The translations under genes were made by a program, and so were the position numbers. From Bacteroidales bacterium (GTDB lineage Bacteria > Bacteroidota > Bacteroidia > Bacteroidales > JACABE01), in assembly GCA_038204725.1 (NCBI GenBank), contig JBBRCQ010000003.1:84148-148147 (forward strand): DNA of 64,000 bases, given 5' to 3'. Below are positions 58,648 through 64,000 of this stretch, piece after piece (position 1 is the stretch's first letter; each line of letters begins with the position of its first letter). The notes under the pieces are model-generated. The model saw only the letters and a list, made by a program, of their open reading frames with translations. It was not told the origin of the DNA and ran no database searches.

Positions 58648-60273
58648 TTAATGAGATTCAATGGGTTTAAATCCTCTCACAAAACTTAACAACAAAAGTA
58701 AAAACCCTGAAAATAATGCGATTCTTCCGATGTAATCACCATATTTTACATAAAAAGTCAATTCGGTATTGGCATGAAGTGTTTGACGGATTACGGCGGG
58801 TTGCCAGTAAGATGTTTGCTGCAAAATATCACCTCTTTGGTTGACAAAACACGAAATTCCTGTATTAGCAGATCTTGCAATATCTCTGCGGGTTTCAACT
58901 GCACGCAATGCAGCATAGCTAAAGTGTTGGCGATGTCCGGCAGTATTACCCCACCAACCATCGTTGGTAATGATAAAGATAAGTGAAGCCCCGTTTTTTA
59001 CAAAATCTGCAACAAAACCACCATAAACAGATTCATAACAAATAACAGGACTCCCATTGAATCCATTTTCGGAATTAAATACTTTTCTAACCTCATCAAC
59101 ACCAAGACTACCCACAGTACCACCCAGATCGAGGGCTAATTTTTCAATAGGTTTGATGAATTTTTTAAATGGCATTTTTTCAACACCGGGTGTTAATCTG
59201 GATTTATGATAGCAGTCCAATTTTCCTGAATGATCCACAAACAATGCAGTGTTATAGGATTCGTAAAACCTACCCTTTTCATAAGGATATTCACGAGCCG
59301 CCAATGTGAGCGGCGCGTCCTTTGCTAACATTTGTCTGGTGGAAATACCTGCAACAACAGCTACACGGGGATATTTATTTGTAAAAGCTCTAAGCATAAA
59401 CACACTCGGTGATGCATCCAACTGGTCTTCCCAGGCATATTCCTGCAATGCACTTTCTGGGAAAAGCACAAAGTTCACATTGCTGTCTGTTTTGCTTTCG
59501 GCCAGTACCAGCATGCGTTGCAGAATTTCTACTGGAGGAGTTGTATATTGTTCGGAATACGGATCTACATTCGGTTGAACTGCTACAACTTCCACAGCTT
59601 TCCCTTTTTCCTGATAGCAATGGTAAGTGATCAGTGAAAAAACCAAAGGGATTGTAAAAATTATAAAACAAGCAAAGCTGTTGAAAAAAAACTTATTTTT
59701 AAGATGAAATAAAAACCGGTCTTTGTTTTTGAAATGCAATATGATTTCAAACAATAAAATATTGATCATCAAAACCCACAAAGTTCCGCCAAAAGTGCCA
59801 GTATATTCATACCATTGTATCATCTCTGGATAAGCGGCGAAAACATTGCCAACTGTTAACCAAGGCCAGGTTAAATCCCAGTTCATGTGGAAGTATTCAA
59901 ATGCTATCCAATACAATACCAGCGCCATATAGGCTTTCCCTTTTTTAAAGACTACTTTGCGTGAATAATGGTAAAAATTAAACACGATGGTCATCATAAA
60001 AGTGTTGAGCAACAATGCAAAAATAGCACCTATCACCGTAGAATTCCATATCCAGTAAGTAGTAAGTGCATTCCAGGTGAAAAAACCAACAAAAACGATG
60101 AAGAAAAAGCTAAACTTCCCGTGTTTAATTGGATCTTTTGATATAATATCTTCTATCCAAAGTATTGGAATAAACGCGAAAAAGATGAGCCAGGCAAAAC
60201 CATTCAATGGCCAGGCAGCCGCCAGCAAGATACCTGAAAGTAAAGAGAGAAGAAGAAGTTTGTATTTTTGCAT
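58648..60273 (-). CDS. lnt: Apolipoprotein N-acyltransferase
   Basis: TM N-terminus, WPW..GN, VQPN, FPES (E), YHK (K), ICYES (C), ITNDGWW, RAVE.RR..RSANTGIS. Confidence 0.93.
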   Translation of the reverse strand: MQKYKLLLLSLLSGILLAAAWPLNGFAWLIFFAFIPILWIEDIISKDPIKHGKFSFFFIVFVGFFTWNALTTYWIWNSTVIGAIFALLLNTFMMTIVFNFYHYSRKVVFKKGKAYMALVLYWIAFEYFHMNWDLTWPWLTVGNVFAAYPEMIQWYEYTGTFGGTLWVLMINILLFEIILHFKNKDRFLFHLKNKFFFNSFACFIIFTIPLVFSLITYHCYQEKGKAVEVVAVQPNVDPYSEQYTTPPVEILQRMLVLAESKTDSNVNFVLFPESALQEYAWEDQLDASPSVFMLRAFTNKYPRVAVVAGISTRQMLAKDAPLTLAAREYPYEKGRFYESYNTALFVDHSGKLDCYHKSRLTPGVEKMPFKKFIKPIEKLALDLGGTVGSLGVDEVRKVFNSENGFNGSPVICYESVYGGFVADFVKNGASLIFIITNDGWWGNTAGHRQHFSYAALRAVETRRDIARSANTGISCFVNQRGDILQQTSYWQPAVIRQTLHANTELTFYVKYGDYIGRIALFSGFLLLLLSFVRGFKPIESH

Positions 60274-60299
60274 AAAAGTTTCTTTTTAGTTTTGTGTTT

Positions 60300-60635
60300 T
60301 CAACCCTGTTTCCAACCCTGATTCCAAACCTGTTTCAAGATTCCAACCCTGACAGGGTTTTTTAAATAATTAATCCTACTTTAATTATCTTCCAACCTAT
60401 TTATTCTACATTAATTATTTTCCAACCCTGACAGGGTTTGGAACCCTGTCAGGGTTTCAATTATCAAACAGGTTTCGATTATCAAACAGGTTTCAATTAT
60501 CAAACAGGGTTTCAATTATCAAACAGGTTTCAATTATCAAACAGGTTTCAATATCAAACAGGTTTCAATTATCAAACAGTTTCCGATTATCAAACAGGTT
60601 TCACTATCAAACAGGTTTCGATTATCAATCGGTTT
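60300..60635. repeat. REP-like palindrome AACCCTGACAGGGTT plus 10 x 18-bp tandem array (GGTTTCAATTATCAAACA)
   Basis: Palindromes at 60346-60360 and 60424-60456; tandem units of 17-19 bp at 60453-60630 with no spacers. Confidence 0.9.
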
Positions 60636-60644
60636 ACAACCTTC

Positions 60645-61184
60645 TTAATCCGTTATTACCTCATCCATTTTAACATCATATTCATCTACCGGCACGTGAT
60701 CTATCATTTGGAAATCGAAACCTACGGCTATCTTATAAGCGTTCATTTTATTCAAAAGTTTATCATAATAGGCTTTCCCGCGTCCTAAGCGATTATTTGA
60801 CTTATCAAATGCAACACCCGGTACTATCACCACATCTATCTTTGCAAAATCGTCAAAATCTTCGCCTTCGGGTTCCTGTATACCATATTTTTCGCCTGTT
60901 TTAAGGCTTTGCATTCCATTAAATTTTCTGAGAACAAGCTCATCGTTTTGTACCGAAGGGAGTATGATTTGTTTAAATGCTGCCCATTTGATCACGAAGT
61001 CATGGGTTTGCACTTCATCATTCATCGACCAGTAAAGCATTACACAACTTGCTTGTTGAAAAAATTTGTTTTGCTCAAGTTTTAAAAAAATTATTTTTGA
61101 GCGTTGCAACTTTTCTTCAAGGCTGATAGCTGTTTTGAGTTGCTTGATATCTTTACGAATTTGTTTTTTTTGTGCGTCTATCAT
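60645..61184 (-). CDS. 5-formyltetrahydrofolate cyclo-ligase
   Basis: K..IR, DEVQT, YGIQEP, VPGVAFD...RLGRGK.YYD, D.K.D.VI. Confidence 0.93.
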   Translation of the reverse strand: MIDAQKKQIRKDIKQLKTAISLEEKLQRSKIIFLKLEQNKFFQQASCVMLYWSMNDEVQTHDFVIKWAAFKQIILPSVQNDELVLRKFNGMQSLKTGEKYGIQEPEGEDFDDFAKIDVVIVPGVAFDKSNNRLGRGKAYYDKLLNKMNAYKIAVGFDFQMIDHVPVDEYDVKMDEVITD

Positions 61185-61247
61185 GGGTAGTTAAATTTTT
61201 ACTCCAAAATTAATGCTCAACAATATACAAGTTGAAATTTAATATCC

Positions 61248-61883
61248 TTATGTTGTTATATTTTCTGTAACTTCTTCTTTCTCCGTATTTTTAAAAAATC
61301 TTTTCTGAAAAATAATCAACAAAGCCACTCCAACCGAAATGGATGCATCGGCTACATTAAAAACCGGGCGAAAAAAGATGAATTCATCTCCACCCCAGAA
61401 TGGAAACCATGAAGGATAATGACCTTGTAGTATCGGAAAATAGAACATATCCACCACTTTTCCATGCAGAAAAGTTCCGTAACCTCCATCAGCAGGGAGA
61501 AATTCAGCTACATTAAAATAACTTTCGTTAAAAACCAATCCATAGAAAGCGCTGTCGATGATGTTTCCTATGGCACCGGCAAATATCAATGACATACATA
61601 TAATATAAAGCTTATCTGTATTTTCACGAATGAGTTTAAGCAGATACCAGCCAATGCCGGCTACTGCCACAATTCGGAAAAGGCTTAAAAGCAGTTTTCC
61701 ATAACCACCCCCAAATTTCATCCCAAAAGCCATGCCTTCGTTTTCGGTAAAGTGGATAATTAAACGGTTACAACCAAAAAGATACATTTCTTCTCCGATT
61801 TGCATATTGGTTTTTATCCATATTTTGATTATTTGATCAATCAATAAAATAAGAAAGATAAGGAGGAGGGATTTTTTTAACAT
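61248..61883 (-). CDS. lspA: Lipoprotein signal peptidase
   Basis: DQ..K, N.GMAFG, GAIGNIID, VVDM, FNVADA; ileS-dksA-lspA synteny. Confidence 0.95.
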   Translation of the reverse strand: MLKKSLLLIFLILLIDQIIKIWIKTNMQIGEEMYLFGCNRLIIHFTENEGMAFGMKFGGGYGKLLLSLFRIVAVAGIGWYLLKLIRENTDKLYIICMSLIFAGAIGNIIDSAFYGLVFNESYFNVAEFLPADGGYGTFLHGKVVDMFYFPILQGHYPSWFPFWGGDEFIFFRPVFNVADASISVGVALLIIFQKRFFKNTEKEEVTENITT

Positions 61884-62096
61884 TTTTAGCTTTTAATAAA
61901 ATTGCTTGTTTTTATAATTATGATGATGTTTGATTGTGCAAATGGCACTACTTTTTTCTCATTGAAAAAATGTTGAATTTAAATCATTAACGGGTTTTAT
62001 CTTCTTCTGTTATCCGATTAAAAAAAAACAAACGAATTCATTTTTGGAACAGCCTGGCTATTTTGCACCCTAACGTCCTAAATTTTATACCACAAA

Positions 62097-62131
62097 AAAG
62101 TATAAGGAAGTTTAAAACTTCCTTATACTTC
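62097..62131. terminator. Hairpin after dksA
   Basis: AAGTATAAGGAAGTT-TAA-AACTTCCTTATACTT. Confidence 0.7.
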
Positions 62132-62167
62132 CCATTTAAAAAACAACAATGCTATTTTTTATACGTA

Positions 62168-62578
62168 TTATTTTCTTTGATTTTGCAATAACTTGGCATC
62201 AATGCTCAGGGTAGCATGGGGAACAATTCTCAATCGTTCTTTTGAAATCAATTTGCCGGTTTCCCTGCAAATGCCATAGGTTTTATTTTCGATGCGGATC
62301 AAAGCGTTTTCCAATGACTGAATAAATTTGTCCTGACGTGCAGCCAACTTTGAGTTCTCTTCTTTCGACATTACTTGATAACCTTCCTCCAATACCTTGA
62401 AAGTAGGAGAAGTATCCATTATATCGTTTCCTCCACTGGTAGTAAAAGCTTCAGTGAGAATCTCCAAATCCTGACGTGCTTTATCAAGCTTTTTCAGAAT
62501 GATTTCTTTGAATTCCATCAATTCTTCGTCAGAATATCTTGTCTTAGCAGCTTCCTGCTCATTTTCTTTATTTATCAT
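62168..62578 (-). CDS. dksA: TraR/DksA family transcription factor
   Basis: RYSDEEL.EFK, DTSPTFK, AL.RIENKTYGICRETGKLI.KERL..VPHAT (Bacteroidota type). Confidence 0.9.
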   Translation of the reverse strand: MINKENEQEAAKTRYSDEELMEFKEIILKKLDKARQDLEILTEAFTTSGGNDIMDTSPTFKVLEEGYQVMSKEENSKLAARQDKFIQSLENALIRIENKTYGICRETGKLISKERLRIVPHATLSIDAKLLQNQRK

Positions 62579-62596
62579 AGCACTTTGTTTTTAATA

Positions 62597-64000
62597 TCAT
62601 AACTTGTTAATTACAATGAAAATCTTTATTTCATCGCTTAAATCTATTTCTACTTTATTTTCATTGTCAATTACATCTACCAACTTTAAAGATTCTGATA
62701 AAGTTTCAGAACAAATATACGAATAATTATTATTCAAAGGTAATGTAATTGCATCGTTTTTTTCAATTTCTACTGAAATTTTGTCAGTTACTTCAAAATT
62801 AAGCTCTTTGCGAAGATTTTGAATGCGGTTTACCAATTCTCTGGCAATCCCTTCTTCAATTAATTGTTCGGTTAAAGTGATATCCAGAGCTACGGTTAAA
62901 ACACCCATGTTGGCTACTACCCAACCTGGAATATCTTCTGTAACAATTTCAACATCCGACAATAACAAATCAACCGTTTCGCCATCCACCTTAAATTGAT
63001 ACAATCCATCGGTTTCCATTTTTAAGATCGCTTGCTGATCAAAACCTGCAATTTCGCATGCTATTTGTTTCATCAGTTTGCCATATTTAGGACCCAGTGT
63101 CTTGAAATTGGCTTTGATTTTCTTTACCAATATTCCGGCTGATTCTGACAAATATTCAATTTCCTTTATATTAACTTCAGAGAGTATCAGTTTTTCAACG
63201 GCTTGTAGCTGATTTTTGAACTTATCGCTGCTAACCGGTATCATTATTTTGTTCAATGGCTGGCGTACTCTGAGACTGGTTTTTTTCCGTAACGACAATA
63301 CCATAGAGGTAATTTGTTGTGCCAGTTGCATCCTTTCTTCAAGGTCTTTATCAATAAAAGCCTCGTTGGCAACAGGAAAATCCGTTAAATGGATAGACTC
63401 TGCCTTTATTTTTCCTGTTATCGCATTAAGATCAGTAAAAAGGCGATCGGTAAAGAAAGGAGCAATGGGAGCTGATAGTTGTGCAACTGTAGTTAAACAT
63501 TGATACAACGTTTGATATGCCGAAATTTTGTCGGCTGTATAATCGCCTTTCCAGAAACGTCGACGGCACAAACGCACATACCAGTTGCTTAAATACTGAT
63601 CTACAAAATCCTGTATAAATCTTCCGGCTTTGGTAGGTTCGTAATCTGCATAGCTTTCATCCGTATTTTTGATCAATGTATTCAATTCCGAAAGAATCCA
63701 TCTATCGATTTCGGGCCGCTGTGTTATTGGGATTTCCTCTTCGCTGTAAGTAAATCCGTCAATATTAGCATACAACGCAAAAAAGTTATACGTATTGTAT
63801 AATGTACCGAAAAACTTGCGTTGTACCTCCCCTATTCCTTCGATGTCAAATTTCAAATTGTCCCAGGGTTGCGAATTGGTAATCATGTACCAACGGGTAG
63901 CATCGGGACCGTATTTTTCGATGGTTTCGAAAGGATCAACCCCATTTCCGAGACGTTTCGACATTTTGTTCCCGCTTTTATCCAATACCAACCCATTGGA
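62597..64000 (-). CDS. ileS: Isoleucine--tRNA ligase, C-terminal part (5' end outside window)
   Basis: KMSKRLGN, DATRWY, LSNWYVR..RRRFW, SIHL, VRQPL, EGIARELVNRIQ. Confidence 0.96.
   Translation of the reverse strand, partial: SNGLVLDKSGNKMSKRLGNGVDPFETIEKYGPDATRWYMITNSQPWDNLKFDIEGIGEVQRKFFGTLYNTYNFFALYANIDGFTYSEEEIPITQRPEIDRWILSELNTLIKNTDESYADYEPTKAGRFIQDFVDQYLSNWYVRLCRRRFWKGDYTADKISAYQTLYQCLTTVAQLSAPIAPFFTDRLFTDLNAITGKIKAESIHLTDFPVANEAFIDKDLEERMQLAQQITSMVLSLRKKTSLRVRQPLNKIMIPVSSDKFKNQLQAVEKLILSEVNIKEIEYLSESAGILVKKIKANFKTLGPKYGKLMKQIACEIAGFDQQAILKMETDGLYQFKVDGETVDLLLSDVEIVTEDIPGWVVANMGVLTVALDITLTEQLIEEGIARELVNRIQNLRKELNFEVTDKISVEIEKNDAITLPLNNNYSYICSETLSESLKLVDVIDNENKVEIDLSDEIKIFIVINKL

Noticed and set aside
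60453-60630. CRISPR array or the 116-aa ORF 60438-60788
   Set aside because: Units abut with no unique spacers and no cas genes are present. The ORF is a translation of the repeat that changes frame at unit indels.
62168-62578. DksA lacking the four-Cys zinc finger as a novelty
   Set aside because: This is the usual Bacteroidota form in the ileS-dksA-lspA context.

Overview
AT-rich Bacteroidota (Bacteroidales-like) chromosomal window, with TAnnTTTG sigma-A promoter boxes and Bacteroidota-type housekeeping genes. From ~10.7 kb onward it is mostly core genome: aspS, lpxH, tilS, korAB, phoA, pyrC, mfd, purH, mreBCD, pheS, a pseudouridine synthase with 52-aa repeats, an AsmA-like protein, upxY plus a nucleotide-sugar dehydrogenase, a wecA-like gene, PPi-PFK, ispB, ompA, lnt, lspA, dksA and partial ileS. 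The first ~10.6 kb is a very AT-rich RiPP island of two tandem, co-oriented grasp-with-SPASM (graspetide-like) modules with identical architecture: [111-bp structured non-coding element, 107/111 identical between copies] - double-glycine precursor - stem-loop - secreted accessory protein(s) - ATP-grasp ligase - small ORF - SPASM protein lacking the radical SAM motif. The interior of each module is highly divergent, while its two ends (the non-coding element and the SPASM C-terminal domain) are nearly identical, suggesting a swappable peptide/maturase cassette linked to an uncharacterised RNA switch or sRNA. A response regulator and a decayed receiver-domain remnant flank the island. Other oddities are a tRNA-like RNA with an over-long anticodon arm just upstream of pfk, an orphan antitoxin-like gene coupled to tilS, dispersed REP-like palindromes and a 10 x 18-bp tandem array. 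All family assignments come from motif recognition by eye; no searches were run.
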